NCBI RefSeq assembly: GCF_009914755.1 | Contig: NC_060934.1 | Strand: one strand, 5' to 3' | From: the human T2T-CHM13v2.0 reference genome, Homo sapiens | DNA length: 64,000 bases | Part shown: piece by piece, positions 1-15,248 of the stretch | Position numbering within the stretch: the stretch's first letter is position 1 | How the letters are laid out: every line of letters begins with the position of its first letter | Made by a program: the position numbers and the translations under genes | Notes under the pieces: generated by a model | Told to the model about the DNA's origin: nothing | Database searches by the model: none | The model's input: the letters and a program-made list of their open reading frames with translations, nothing else

Positions 1-520
1 TATATAATACAGTAGAGGCGGCCAAGATCCCCTATGGAACATAACCCCATTGGCCGGAGAACCAACCCCCAGCCCCCACAGTGGCCTCAGCAAGCCCCGC
101 CCAAGGAGCTTGCCTAACCCTGCTGCCTAACCAGACCTGCCTAACCCTGCTGCCACCTGACGGCATTTCCCTACCTGCCCTGGTAGCCTAACACAAAACA
201 TAGAAACTCTGGGGAGCTTCATCCCCTGAACCCTGCCCCCAGCACCCTCTGCTCTGGAGGGTTGTCTTTAATTGTCTATGGAGCATATATATATATACTC
301 TTTCCCTATGGTATATAAGCCCTGAGTCTGGGGAGTAATGGTGTGAACATCTACCTGTCTTACACGAACACATTTCTGCCCAAGAACACATTTCTGTCCA
401 TAAGTTTCCCCTAAAAATCACCCTCTGCCAATAAACTAGATATGCCTGCCTCATTCTTTGATTTCTTGGCTCCTTCTGTATTTGGAGGTTATTTTGCATA
501 TATGGCCCTTTCAAGGAATA
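1..520 (+). mobile_element. ERV-type solo LTR, 5' end truncated by the window edge (subfamily not determined)
   Basis: TATATAAG box near 313, AATAAA near 430, and an LTR-like U5 end (tttgcatatatggccctttcaaggaata). Confidence 0.55.
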
Positions 521-559
521 TCTATCTATATAAAGATAAAACAATAAGCTATCAAGCTA

Positions 560-1050
560 TAATAAGATATGGAGAAAGCTTAAATCAATGTTTCTAAAGA
601 AAAGAAGCCAATTTGAAAGTCTGCATACTATATAATTCCAACTATATGACACTAGGAAAAGCAAAACTTTTGAGACAGCAAAAAGATCAGTGGTAAGCAG
701 GGGTTCAGGGGTTGAGCTAGAATAATGAACAGAAGAAGCACAGAAGACTTTTAGGGCAATGAAACTATTTTATATGATACTATAATTGTGGATACATGAC
801 ATTATACATTTGTCAAAACCCATAGAAATGTACAATATAACTAGTGAACCTTAATGTAAACTACAGACTTCAGTTAATACTAATCTATAGATATTGGCTT
901 ATTAACTATAGCAAATGTACCAAACAAACACAACATATTAATAACAGGGAAAACCATGGGGCTGAGGGGGTATAGGGTAACTTTCTGTACTATCTACTCA
1001 ATTTTTTAATAAATCTAAAACTGTTCTAAAAGTAGTCTGTAAAATAAGAT
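560..1050 (+). mobile_element. Old L1 (L1MC/MD-type) 3' UTR fragment
   Basis: Characteristic aaagaagccaat...tataattccaactatatgaca...aaaagatcagtgg and gtgaaccttaatgtaaacta motifs. Confidence 0.7.
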
Positions 1051-1059
1051 TTTTAAGAG

Positions 1060-4000
1060 CAAACAGAACAAGAATTTTAAAAGATAATTGTCTGAAGCAC
1101 AAATAATGACAATTATATGGTGCACTTTATAAGATATGTAGATGTAAAATGTATGGCAATCATAACACAAAGTATGGGTGGGAAATAATGGAAGCACACT
1201 GTTGTAAGGTATATATATTATACTATATGTGAAATGATATATTATTTGAAGGTAGACTGTGACAAACTTATACAGCCTAGAGTAACCACTAAGAAAAGAA
1301 TAAAAAGAAGGAGAAGAAGCATGGAGGAGAAAAAGCAGAAGCAACATAAGGGCAGAGTGGAGATAAAATGGAGTAAAAAATTGAGTCATTAAAGAAAGCC
1401 TCATTTAAGCCAAAAGGGTATGGGAAAAGAAGGGACTAGATTAAAGAACAGGTAAGGCAAGTGCAAACCTGGCAAGATGATAGATTAAGATCTAATCATA
1501 TCAATAATTATATTAAATGTAAATGGTCTGGCCATCCAAATTAAAAGTCAGGGAGTGTCTGACTGGATTAAAAAAGTGAGATCCAGTTATATACTGTCTA
1601 CAAGGAACCCACCGTACATATAAAGACATTGATAAACTAAAAAAATGGAAAAAAGATAACCCATGTAAACACTAATCAAAAGAAGGTAGAATGGCCATAT
1701 TAACATCGACAACATAGACTTTAAAAAATGATAAACATTTCCAGAAATGAAAAGGGGCATTACATAATACATAGGAATTCTAAATGTGTGTGTATCCAAC
1801 AACATAGCTTCCAAAGTGATAAAATGAAAACTGAAATGAAAAAAACAGAAAAATCTACAACAATGTTGGAGACAAGTAGGCAGATAATAAGGACACAGAA
1901 AACCTGAACAACATTATGAAGCAATTTGGCCTAACTTTTATAGGGCATCCCAGCCAACAACAAAATAAGTATTAAAGTGGACACGGAACATTCACAAGGA
2001 TAGTCCATATTCTGGGCCTAAAAACAAACCATAAAACATTAAACTGAAATACAAAATATGTTTTTAAAAATGGAATTAAAATAGAAATCAACAGAAATAA
2101 ATCTTTAAAATTCTCAAATATTTGGAAATTAAACAATATATTTCTAAATAACTCCCAATTCAAAGAAGTGACAAAGGAAATTATACAATATTCTGAATTG
2201 AATGAAGGTAAAAATACAACATCAAAATTAGTGGATGCAGCTAAAACAGTGCTGATAGAGAAATTTATAGCATTAAATATTTATATTGGGAAATAATAGA
2301 GGCCTCAAATGAGTAATCTAAGTTCTTACCTTAAGAAATTAAAAAAGAAATTAAATCCAAGGCAAGCAAAAAGAGGGAAATAATAAAGAGGAAAAAAAAT
2401 CAATGAAATGGAAAATAAAAAAATAACAGAGAAAAATCAATGAAACCCAAAACAGGTCCATGAAAAGATTTTAAAAAAAATTGCTAACCTCTAGACCCTC
2501 AATGTCCAGTAGAACTTTGTATAATGATGAAAACATTCTATATAGCAGCACCCTCCAATGTGGAAGCCACTTGGGACTACTGATCACTTAAAATGTGGCC
2601 AGTGTGACTGAGGAACTCAATTTTTAATGTAATTTTATTGAAATTAATTTACATTTAAATAGACACATGTGACTAGGGATAACTATTGAACAGTGCAGCT
2701 CTAGAATTGACTACTGAAAGAAAGGAAGGGGTGGGAAGGAAAGAGGAAGAGGAAGAGATAAAGGAGGGAGAGAAAGAGGGAGGCAGAGAAGATGAGATAC
2801 ACAAATAACCAAAATCGGAAATGAAATGAAAAAGAGGACTTCACTACAGATCCTAATGTTAGTGCCATTAAAAGGATAATAAGAAAGTATTACAAACAAC
2901 TGTATGCCAAAGTTGATAACATAGATGAAAAAAACTAATTCCTTGAAAGACACAAAGTACTAAAGTTCACTCAAAAAGAACTGAGTAGCATATACAATCT
3001 GAATAGCCATATATAGTTTTAAAAACTTGAGTCCATGGTATAAAACTAACACAAGGAAACTCTAGGCCCAGATACCTCCCTGTTGAACTCTACCAAACCT
3101 TTAAGGACGAATAACAATCCTATACAAAATGTTCCAGAAAATAGAAAAGAGAACACTCCAAACTAATTTATGAGACCACCATTAACCTTGATACCAAAAT
3201 CAAGAATATTACAGACCAATATCTTTATACACCAATATCCCTCATGAATGTATATGCAAAAAAAACCTTAACAAAATATTATCAAGTAGAATAGATTTAT
3301 TTCTCCATTTATTTGGTTTTCTCTCTTCAATGTTTTAGAGTTTTTAGTATTCAAATATTACAGAACATCATTAGATTTATCCCTCAGTTTTTCATGTTTT
3401 TGATACCATTGTAAACTGTATTTCTAAGTTTTAATTTCCAATTGTTCATTGCCAGTGCTAAATACAATTGATTTTTGTATATTGGCCTCACATCCTGTGT
3501 CTTTGCCAAAGTCATGTTATTTCTAGTTGCTTTTTTGTAGATTCCTCGGGCTCCTACATAAACAATCATGTTGTCTGCAAATAAAGACAATTTTATTTCT
3601 TCTTTTTTTATCTGTGTACATTTATATCTTTTCCTTCCTTTATTTCACTGACTAGGACCTCCCTATAACGAACAGAAATTGTGAATGGAACATCCAATGT
3701 GATGCTGGTATAAGAATAGACATATACCTCAGCAGGAAAGAACAGAGAGATTAGAAATAATTCACACATAGCAACAATTGATTTAGGAGGGGAAAGGTGC
3801 CAAGATAATATAATGGGGATAGGATAGTGCTTTCAACAAGTGTGTGGGAAAATGAGACATCCACATACAGAATTATGAACTTCACCCCATACTCATATTA
3901 TGTACAAAAATCCACTCAAAATAGATGACAGACCTAAATGCAAACTCTAAACCTATAAAACTTCTAGCTTAAAGCTTAGGGGAAAGCTTTTGTGACACTG

Positions 4001-4465
4001 GATTACACAAAGATTTCTTAAGACACTAAGCACAAACCACAAAAGAAATAATTGATAACTTGACTTTGAAAAAATCAAAAGCTTCTGCTCTTCAGAAGAC
4101 AGCATTAAGAAAATGCAAAGTCAAGTCCCAGTCTGGGAGAAGATATTTGCAAAACACACATCTGAGGAAGGACCTATATCCTAAATATATAGACCCTTAT
4201 AACTCAAAAAGAGGACGACCCAATTTTAAATAGTCAAAAGATGTGAACAGATACTTCACCAAAGAAGAAACATAGATGGCAAATAAATATATGAAAACAT
4301 GATTAAGACAACTGGTCAACATAAAAATGCAAAGGAAAACCATACGAAATACTGCTACATACCTACTAGAAATGCTAAAATCAAGCACACACACACAGTC
4401 CAATACAAAGTGATTCTGGTGAGGATGTGGAGCAAATGGAATCTCATGCATTGCTGCTGGGATCT
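1060..4465 (+). mobile_element. Degenerate L1M ORF2 (endonuclease, RT, C-terminus), interrupted by MER3 and containing an inverted segment at about 3290-3690
   Basis: SIIILNVNGL endonuclease start at about 1500, a NKILS RT-proximal motif at about 3270, and 3' ORF2 motifs at 3700-4460; many stops. Confidence 0.8.
2497..2698. mobile_element. MER3 (hAT-Charlie non-autonomous DNA transposon)
   Basis: Matches the recalled MER3 consensus; NTCTAGAN-type TSD ctctagac / ctctagaa. Confidence 0.8.
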
Positions 4466-4817
4466 CTACTCATCATCTTGCTTTATTTTTCCCAAAACCA
4501 CTTTTTATTACCTTAAAGTTTGCTTACCCATGTAAGTCCATATATATCTTCTCACATGTTTATTGTCTATCTTCCCCAATATAAGTACTATGAGGCTGGC
4601 AACTTGGTCTGTCCTGTCATCACTGTGTCATTCTGGCACCAAGAACAGTGTCTGGCAATCTTTACATATTTATTAAAAGTGAGGAAGGGGTGGAAAGAAA
4701 AGACACTAAGACATCTATAAGTGAATATATGAAGGCAAGGAACCCAGTCACAGCCATCTACAGAGGAGCGTTAAGAGAAAATTAATTTAGACCACCAGGA
4801 AGCTGCATGTTGTAATG

Positions 4818-5304
<487 letters not shown>

Positions 5305-5696
5305 AAAAAATGGAACCTAGACCTTGGAAATGTACACAACTGAGTGTGCAAGCTACTTAACCTCCCTTAGCCTCAAAATTCTCATCTACAACATGGGAAA
5401 TATATGTACCTCCCAGAGTTGCTGAAATATTGAGATTCTATATAAGGCTCTCAGGAAATGTAAATTCTCATCCCCAAGGGAAACTTGATCAAATCTTCAT
5501 AGCTTAGGGTAAGAAATGCTAATTCTACCAGCAATTCACATTTTTCATTGTTAGCTGATTATTTTATTGAACATTTACATTGAGGAAATTCAGAAATGCT
5601 CATTTTTCCACTTTCCTGGTGGTAAGATGCTGCCTGAAGCTATGTTTAAATTTTCAAGAGTAAATAAACTATGGCGGGAAATCTAGCTGACTATGC

Positions 5697-6075
5697 CAGT
5701 GAATCTCAAACCTAGCTGTACATTAGAATCATCTCAGAAATTTTTTTAAAGAAACACACGTATGTCCAGAACTCACCAGGCCAAATTAAATCAGAATCCC
5801 TGGGGTGGCTCCAGAATATCAGTATTTTTTAAAAAAGCTGATAGAAAGGTAATTGTAAAACACAGTCAGGGCTTAAAAGCACTGATTTGTACTAACGATA
5901 TGCCATGCTAACTGCACATCACAGTCACTTGGGGAGCTCTTAAAAAAGTTGATTGATTCCAGAACCCTACCGAGACTTACTGATTCAGAATCTGTGGAAG
6001 TGGAGCCTGTCATTGTGCAAATCTTCATAAAACTCCCCACTGGTGATTCTGATGCAAACTCACTGAGAACCACTA
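5697..6075. mobile_element. Two further adjacent MER5-family elements (about 5697-5885 and about 5905-6075)
   Basis: cagtgaatctcaaacc...acattagaatcatct and ...ggtgattctgatgca...tgagaaccact motifs. Confidence 0.65.
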
Positions 6076-9029
6076 CTTTGTATCATACATTTACTCTACG
6101 TGTTGTATATCAGAAAGATCATTTAAAACTTTCAGTGGTCTCAAATGCCAAGCCTGCCAGTTACTTTTAATCAGTAACTGACACAACACATCACAGTAAC
6201 TCCAATGACTTTACAGATCTTTTCAGAACACTTTTATGTCCAGCCCACTGACCCACATCACCTACCCTATGCTGTGCCAAATACTGGCTATGTAGTCCGT
6301 TGGTATTTCTAACCAAATTCCTCTAAATGGGCTGCTGATCTGGGAAAAGCAACATGGAATCACATTACTCCCCAAGCCTTATTCCCCTTTGCTAAGTGGT
6401 ATGTAATGCCAGGATTAATGAAATGAACTCTATTGGTCAAATGAGTCTGAATGAAATCTGAGTTGTTGTCTGCTCCTGGAAGCAAACTGTTATCTATTTG
6501 TTTCCCTCAGAGAGATAAACTCAGAGGAAACAGGAGTGATCCCTGAGGTGGGAATAATATAGTGGGCTGCAATTTTAAAACTCTGCTTAGACAATAACAG
6601 GACACTTGGAATCTTATTTTGATAGATCAAACCAATCAGTATATACAGCACCATGGTGGTACTACCAGGCAGGTGATAATAGTAGCATTTAAACAACCAG
6701 GCACTATATTAGGCATATTAAATATATTAACTCATGTGATTCTCAACTGCGATGATAATAGCCCTATCAGGCAGGTACTATTATTATTTCCATTTTGTCA
6801 AAAAAGAAACAAAGGCACACAGAAGTTAGATGATTTACCCAAAGTCCCATAGCTACTAAGTGGCAGTTTTCTGAAACCAGGCAATCTGGCTTTGGAGTCC
6901 AACATCTTAAGTACTCCACTGCAATGCAGATGAGTGATGGCCAAGCAGTTTAAAAAAAAAGAAAAAGTTATTGTCTGCAGTAGAAACTGGAGGTCAGGGT
7001 ATGGGTACCTTGGGCAAATTACTTAACCTCTTGGAGCCTATTTTTGCATCTGAAAAATCAGGATAATAATTGTACCTGCCTTGTAGAGCTGAGGTGATGA
7101 TTAAACAAGATTAGGCATGTGATGTGCTTAGAAAAGTACTTGGCACTTTTAAGAGCTTTCTGTCAGCCATTATTATTATTTGTATTTTAAAACAGCTCAA
7201 GTGGTCAGGGAGAAATGAAAATCTATTAAACTGAAAATTTTCCTGCCAATCTTAGATTTGTAGATTCTGTAGATTACCAGTACATCAGATCCAATATGAA
7301 ATGCAGTCATAAAAGATTTTCACAAAAACTTAAGGACTGTCACTGTGACAAACCCCAGCCCAAACAGTCCAGGACAATGGCTCTAAAAAGCAAACATCTT
7401 CAATTATCAAGCTGTGTACATGTAAACACAACAGGAACCAGACTTCTGAGTAGCTGCAAACTGCAGTTCTCTGTGATGGGAGAACATGCCCCAGAACAGC
7501 CTGTCAAGTGGTAATTGCCAGCCATCCTCAGTCACATATGTATAAACAGAAAAGAAAAACAAAACGAGGGCTCAAATAAAAAGCGTTAACATTCATTAAA
7601 CGCCTGACACTCTATTAAATGTTTTTCATGCATTACCTTCTTTAATCCTCACAACACCCTTCCAAAGTTGAACATGAAACAACCACACTGGTTTATATCA
7701 CTTTAAATGTAAGACTACACGTCTCAAATGGGCCCTGAGCACTGCCTGGGAATCCAACTCTATTTCTCTAGTACGCTCACTTTCACCCTCTCTAGGACTC
7801 TGTCACATATCTCTCCTCCAAGTTCCCACACCTTTCCTCTCCCCCGCTGCCCTCCCTCTAAGCTGATGGATGCCTATACCAATAGACTCTTTTCCCACCA
7901 CCCACTGTATCTGCACCTGTTATCTCAGCTTCCCCTCTAGTTACAACAGAGTAAGTGTCCCTGCTCATTTCAAAACCAACTACTCACCTGCTTAGGGTCT
8001 TCTCCTTTCTCAGGTATTCAACAACTACCCTTTACAATGTTCCCCTCTTTCATCTGCAGCAGTTTTTCCTTTCTACGAGTTTAATCACATTGCCATATAA
8101 ACATTCTGCTTTCTTCTATCTTGAAAAAAACTCTACCCAACCTTAAGGCCCCTCTTCCCCATTAAAGTTGTTCTTGTCAAAATGATTAAAATCCTCCTAA
8201 TTACCAAAGGCATCTTATACGGTAACATTCAACATGGTTGACCACTACCTCCCTCCCTTTTTTGGCTTCGCCTCCTCTTCTTTGTGTACACTATTAAACT
8301 AGATGTCTTCACCAGTCCCATATATTTTAAATACTATGTACAGTATATGATGCCGATTCCAAAGGTTAACTCTAGCCCGACATCCTCCAGAACTTCAGAT
8401 TTAAATTTCTAAAAAGCACATTTGATATCTCAACCCAAATATCTACTAGATAATTTATGTGTGTATATTTCACCATACTAAAAAAAACTACCAGGTGACT
8501 GATAAATGGAGAGAAGGTGAATAGGTAATGTGAAAAATCAAATGTGCTAAATATTCATGGCACCTGTAGGTGGTAGGTGGTCAGAGTCCTCTGCAAAATT
8601 CTTCCCAGCTATGCTTATGTCTTCTATTGGGAAAAACCTACTGGGCATCTCAAACCTAACACATTCAAAACATAAGTACTGATTCCACAACTTCCAAAAA
8701 TGAAACCTACCCCATCCTACAGTTTTCCTTGAGTCAAGGCTAGCATATGAGGGCCTTGGCATATGGGGGCATTGCCTATCGCGTTCATAGATATTCTGAG
8801 CTTCTAGAACAGCATCTGGCACACAGGAGGCGTTCAAAATAGCTGCTGAATGGATTGATGAATTCATGTTCTTTCTTTCTAGGTCCCTCGACCTCCACCC
8901 GCCCTTGAGTCATTGGGAAGTTCTGGGCTGTCTCAGCGCCTGATGATGGCTTCTTACCAATCATACCACACGGCTGCTCCTCAGGGAGTTGGTGGCATTC
9001 CCCTACCACAGAGCCACAGGGTTCCTGTC

Positions 9030-9600
9030 CCGGTCCCGTCTCGCATAGGCGCCCCAACACGCGTCACAGTGCAGCTGGCATCACACGGCCAGAATCACGT
9101 CCTGCCCTCTGGCTGCAGCGACACTACTTCACAGCTCAGGCCCACCCGGGCAGTCTCCCGGGCCAGGGCCACAACCCACGCCTTGTGACCCCTGCACGTC
9201 AACGGCATCTTCCTTCTTCACGCCCGCCCTCCCACAGCCCGGCGCAGCGGCCTCCCGCACGCCCCCTGCCCACCTGGCCCCCAGCCACCTTTCCTCACCT
9301 GGGCCTGCGGGGCCGCCCCAACTGTCCCGCTGCAACCCCAGCAGCCTCGCCAGTTGGGTCCACGCCTAGCCTGCCGGCCTTCGTCGCTATCCAATCCCAC
9401 CTGCGCCCGCGAGCCTGCGCACTGGAGCTTTGCCCTGCGCCGCGGCCCTCTGCTTGCGAGGCCGGGAGAGACAGAACCTGCCTCTACCGGTCTTCCAAGG
9501 CACTGAGAGCCCATCGCCGCGGACGCCGCTGTAAATTCCCTGCGGGCCCTGTGCACCACCCTGTGCGCGTCCCCCTCTCCCAGGCCAGGCTGATAATGTT
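9030..9600 (-). promoter_or_regulatory. CpG island; probable promoter and non-coding first exon of the adjacent PTPN20-family copy, with donor after 9299
   Basis: The only dense CpG/GC-rich block in the window. CCCAG|GTGAGG donor at 9299/9298, CCAAT at 9391-9395 and an NRF1-like TGCGCAGGC at about 9413-9421. PTPN20 copies are known to lie tandemly downstream of FRMPD2 copies on 10q11. Confidence 0.7.
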
Positions 9601-10185
9601 AACAGCTCTCTGAGCTATGCTCATATCCTGAACCACTGAGGACTGTGTTCTCCAGGAATGCTCGCCTGACCCACGCCTGCCCTCTAAGCCCCTAATGAGG
9701 CCCCAGAGGGCTGGGGTGGGGGGGTCTCTTTGTAGTATCAGAGCAGGGCAGATAGGCAAAAGGAGTCAGAGCCTGTGCCAGAATATGAGGTCAGTTGGCT
9801 GCTAGGTCAATTAAGACAACTTCAGCAAGGGTGGTCAATGTAGAGGGAATTCAATCGTTGGCATTGCCTGAAAACAGGAAGCCAGAATCTTTTTATCTTG
9901 ACGAACAAACCTCTATTCATTGGTCCTGACCTGAGCCACTTTGGTGAATCCAGATACCCTGAAGGTGTGACAAGACCTGCCTCACTTATCCCCCAGCCTT
10001 CAGTGCTGGTCCCACAGAGAGCCATATGCTTGAGCTGAACTGCAGTTAAGCAGTGACAGCTACCCTCTGTCCAGGCTCTGAGGCCAGCTTTCTGCTCCGT
10101 GAGTCACTGACAGTGAGTCTCTACAGAGACTTTTTCTTTCTGTAGCAGCCAAGGTACCCTGCAAGCAACCCACGCCATTGCCATA

Positions 10186-10949
<764 letters not shown>

Positions 10950-11992
10950 TAATGTTTCTTCATAGTGCCTAACATCAAGATTCTGCACTGGTCATCATTT
11001 CACAAACATGAGCAGCATGGCTGCTCCAAGACACACAGAGGGAATAACCCCCATTCACATCACCAGGAAATCCTTGCATGGAGGCTAAATGAACAGTTGG
11101 TAAGAGTGGACCCTGAGGTGTCATTCCATCTCCCCCAGACTTCCTGCTTGACCACACAATATTCCCAGAAGCCAGTGACCCAGAAGGCTCTTCTTGGCTT
11201 TCTGTCCTTTTACCTGTGAAAAATTCGAAGAACTATAAAGTTTAGGGCCCATCACAGTTTACTACCCTTCTTTGGAGGCCTCTTTAAACCCTTGAGTCTT
11301 ACCAATTACCAGTAGCACTAGGAGCTTTGCAAGCCTGGCCTTAAGTCCCTGCTTTGCTACTGAATAGTTGGTGACCTTTGGCAGGTTACTTCCCAACTTG
11401 TGTCTCAGTTTTCCTTTTTTTAAAAAAGGAGACACAGTTGCAAGTGTTTAATGAGACAAAAAACAGAAGCATTCATCACCACGCCTGGCAGTGAACACTG
11501 CTTTTCTTGCTCAAGAGGTTTGAGCCATACGCTTCTCTAGGTCTGTGACTCTCCCAGAGTTTCTGGGAGTTCCTCTGTGAGCAACAGACCCACTGCAGTC
11601 TCCATACTTTAGGGGTAAGCCTGGATGCCCTTCACACATCAGTCTGGATGAGTTCATGCACCACTCATCCAAAAGTGAATCCAAAAGTGATTCCAAAAGC
11701 AGAGGCCAGAGATCTAGTTGCTAATGTTGCCTCTCCTCATGGTTCTAGGATTCAGCCACACAGGGCTTCCCATTGCAGCTTCAGGTCCTCCTCACTCCCC
11801 AGTGCAGGCCCAGTTTCACTCTCAGGTCCTCCAGCCCAGGCCTCAGTTCTGCCTCTTTTAGTCCATCCCTCCAGATCCACTTTCCAACAGGGCTGGGAAG
11901 TCGCTTGGTTGTCCCCTGCCTGCTGCACCACATCCCCCAGACACCGCCTCCTTATTTCCTGCATGGTCTGAGGCTCAATGCTAATCCCTGGG

Positions 11993-12370
11993 TGTCTTAG
12001 TCTGTTTTGTGCTGCTATAACAGAATTCCTGAGCCTGGATAATTTGTAAAGAACAAAACATTTTTTTCTCACAGTTCTGGAGAATGGGAAGTCCAAGATC
12101 AGGTGCCAGCATCTGGTGTGAGTCTTCTTGCTGCATCCTCCAGAGGAGAGGAACATTGTGTCCTCATGTGGCAGAAGGCAGAGAGCAAATAGGAAAAAGG
12201 AAGGCAAACTCACCCTCTTCTAATAGCATTAATCTCACCCAGAAGGACAGAGTCCTCATGGTCCTTTCACCTCCCGAAGGTCCCACCTCCTAACACTGCC
12301 ACAGCAGCAACCAAATTTCTTTGAATATTAATACATGAGTGTGGGAGGGGACAAACATTCAAATCATCAC
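11993..12370 (-). mobile_element. MST-family MaLR solo LTR (MSTC/D-like)
   Basis: tgtcttagtctgttttgtgctgctataacagaa start and gacaaacattcaaatcat end. Confidence 0.8.
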
Positions 12371-14559
12371 ACTGGGAAGGCTCAGCTGGAGGAGCAGAAT
12401 TGGCCAGCACAGGGAGGTAATGCTGGGTTTGGAATTTTTGTCTTTGCAGTCCTTGGCCTTGATCCGGATACCCAGACGCCCTCTGAGATGGACCTTGAGG
12501 GCCGTGCCAATGTCTGCTCTCTGCTGAGGTAGGGCTCATCTACTCCTTACAAGTATAAGAACTTACTGCCAAACATACCCTCCTCCAAGCCATGGGTCCC
12601 CAGATACAGTCAGGAGGACCCCAGTGGATAGCTGGAACTCAGGACCTCAGGAGAGATCCCAAGGCCTATGCTCGAGTTCAGAGTTTTCTAATTCAGGCTT
12701 GGAGCCCAGGAACAGAAGATAACTAAGAACAATACTGACAGAAAAAAATAATCACTTCATTGACATTACCCTTCACAGGACCGCCTGCTTCAGGCCTGTG
12801 CTTTGCAGCCTGGTTCATTTGGGAATGGTATGCTTCACACCCAGCCCTGTTAAGTGTGAGTTGATGAGGACCATGAGCTTGGAAGAAGCCGTGGGGGCCT
12901 CTCTGTGTGTTTCTCTCTGCCCTGCTTTGAGACACTTCACATAAAAGACTCTATAAAAATAAACTGTGGAGATTTCAATGCCAGTAAAAATCCCAGTGGA
13001 GGTAGAAAACTATTTAAAGAGCACAAGGACATACATTTATCTTGTTGTGAATCCCCGGCTGCCTGGTCCCTGAGCCTGACACACGGCAGATGCCCAATAA
13101 ATATTAATAGATTGATCAATTTGTTGGCTGCTCATCCATTTGCAGCTTCAGCCAGCCCATGGCTCTGCGTGCACACACCACAAGGAGAGAGAATCCATAG
13201 ACTTCGACAGGAGAGAGCTGCTCAGCTGGCAGGAGAGCCTGCCACAAACCCTTGAACATAAATGTCCTGCCCTCCACTTCCAGCTCTACGTACTAACTGT
13301 AAAATAATGATGTGGCAGAAAGTGAAGTGCAAAGACTGCCAAATTCTAAGAAAGAACCTGGTTTCATGCCTTTTAATCCTTATGAGTCATTCCTTGGTCT
13401 GCGCCAAGCCCTGTGCTTTACAGCAAGAATACAGATGTCTTCATTGAACTGCATCTCATTAGCTGGACCTAACAGAGTGCAAATTTCTTTCCAATGCCAT
13501 TTGAACTCAATGCCCAGATGCTTTTTTCCCCTGGGCCCGTGCAGATGAAATCTTGGGCTGGTTTATAACTTTGAACACCCAGAATATTCCCATTTCAGTT
13601 TAAGATTCCCTCTGACTTATCTAATTGTTAGGCTCTCTTCACCTTCAGCCTGAGAAATGGGCACCATCAATTTCTCCTTTCTCACCCAGCTTCACACCCA
13701 GGCCCTCCAGACTCAGTGGGTGTCTGACACCTCTACAGCTGGAGTCCTTCAGCAATGGGCCCCCTGGGCTCAGCAGATATTTTGAGCTGGCCATTTCTTC
13801 TGTGAGACAATCTTGTGTTTTCTCAGGAATTCCCCTGCAGAAGATCTCTGAGTACAAACCCATGCCCAGTGATGTTGCCTCTGCCCAGCTACTTACAAGA
13901 CCATTCCTCGGCCCATCCAGGGCTACCAATCTGTTTATGTAATTTGTGCCATGAATAAAGGTACCAGACAATTGAGTAAGTGGAGGCTGAGTTGTAGGCA
14001 TGGTTTTGTGCCCCAATAATGGGCTGCACAGGAAAGGAAGGGCCACCTTTGTGTAATTCATAAGCTGCAGGTGGATGCCTCTTTGTGATTCCCCCTAATG
14101 CATGCTCTGTGTGAGCTGAGGCTCTGGCTCTCTCTCTGCTGGGGTCAACATCACCCCTGCTTGTTTTACAGGCTATGACCTGCCTGCAGCTTACTTGCCT
14201 ACATAAAAAGGGCATCCGCGCCCTTGCCCTGACACAGGGATTGGCGGTTCACTCCTAGCGCCATCCTCTTTCTCTTTGCTCTCCCGCCAGACATGTTGTT
14301 GCCGTCATCACCTCTCACCATGAGATTGCTCAGGGATGTTCCAGACACCAAGCCCTTTCAGAAGACACATGTCAAACCCTGTATATGATTTGAGCAGTCT
14401 TTCTCATGTGGCTGGAGGGAAAGGAGAGGTACCTCATTCCTCTCCCCTCCACAAGGAGGGGAAAGAGGTATGGAAGGGGAAATGTCATAGCATTCCAACA
14501 ACTCTTTTCAGAGGAATTTTCTACTCCTGGCCTCAATTTTTTATAAACCCTCATGGGTG

Positions 14560-15248
14560 TGTTAGTGGTGGAAGTTATCTAGGTTATCGGTGGCAAACCT
14601 GTATGGGTCTGCAGCAATCTCAACTCTTGCCTCCTCAGAAGAAAGAATCTGAGGTGCATGAGGCAGAAGGAGAGGCCAAGACAAGTGTTAGAGCAGGAGT
14701 GAAAGTTCATTAAAAGGCTTTAGAGCAGGAACAAAAGGAAAGAAAGTACACTTGGAAGAGGCCCAGGTGGGCAACTTGAAGGACAAGTGCCCCATTTGGC
14801 CTTGAACCTAGGATTTCATATGCTGACCGACTTCCAGCATTTTGCACCCCATTTCCCTTGATTTTTCTCTCAGGGTGAGCTACCCACATGCACAGTGGCC
14901 TACTAGCACCTGGGAGGTGAGCATGGGCAGTGTGTTTAGTGGAGCTGTACGCATGTTCACCTGAGGCTTTCTTCCCTTTCCTGGTGGAATGCCTCTGGAA
15001 GGTCATACTCTGCCATTTTGCCCGTTAATGTGCATGCTTGAGCCCACTTGCCCAATTCCTGAAAGCTGCCAGTTACAGATGTTTTTATCTATTGGGAAGC
15101 TGCCTCTCTCTGGTGCTGGCTGTGACCAATTATTCTTTCAGAGAGGCAATGTGACAATTGCCTGACCATCACCTGTTGGTTGCCTGACATTTCTTGTTGG
15201 TGGGGGTAGCCCTCTCCTGCTCTGCTCCTGCCTGACTAGCTACCTACC
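14560..15248 (-). mobile_element. ERV1 LTR (MER51-like)
   Basis: cctcagaagaaagaat...tttagagcaggaacaaaaggaagaaagtacacttggaagaggcccaggtgggcaacttga, as in the recalled MER51 consensus. Confidence 0.7.

Noticed and set aside
8913-9759. Overlapping Pro/Ala/Gly-rich ORFs on both strands
   Set aside because: Stop-codon depletion is expected in a GC-rich CpG island, and no domain is recognisable.
13896-13930. Mini-exon candidate with a GTAAGT donor on the minus strand
   Set aside because: The acceptor lacks a polypyrimidine tract and the peptide has no recognisable homology.
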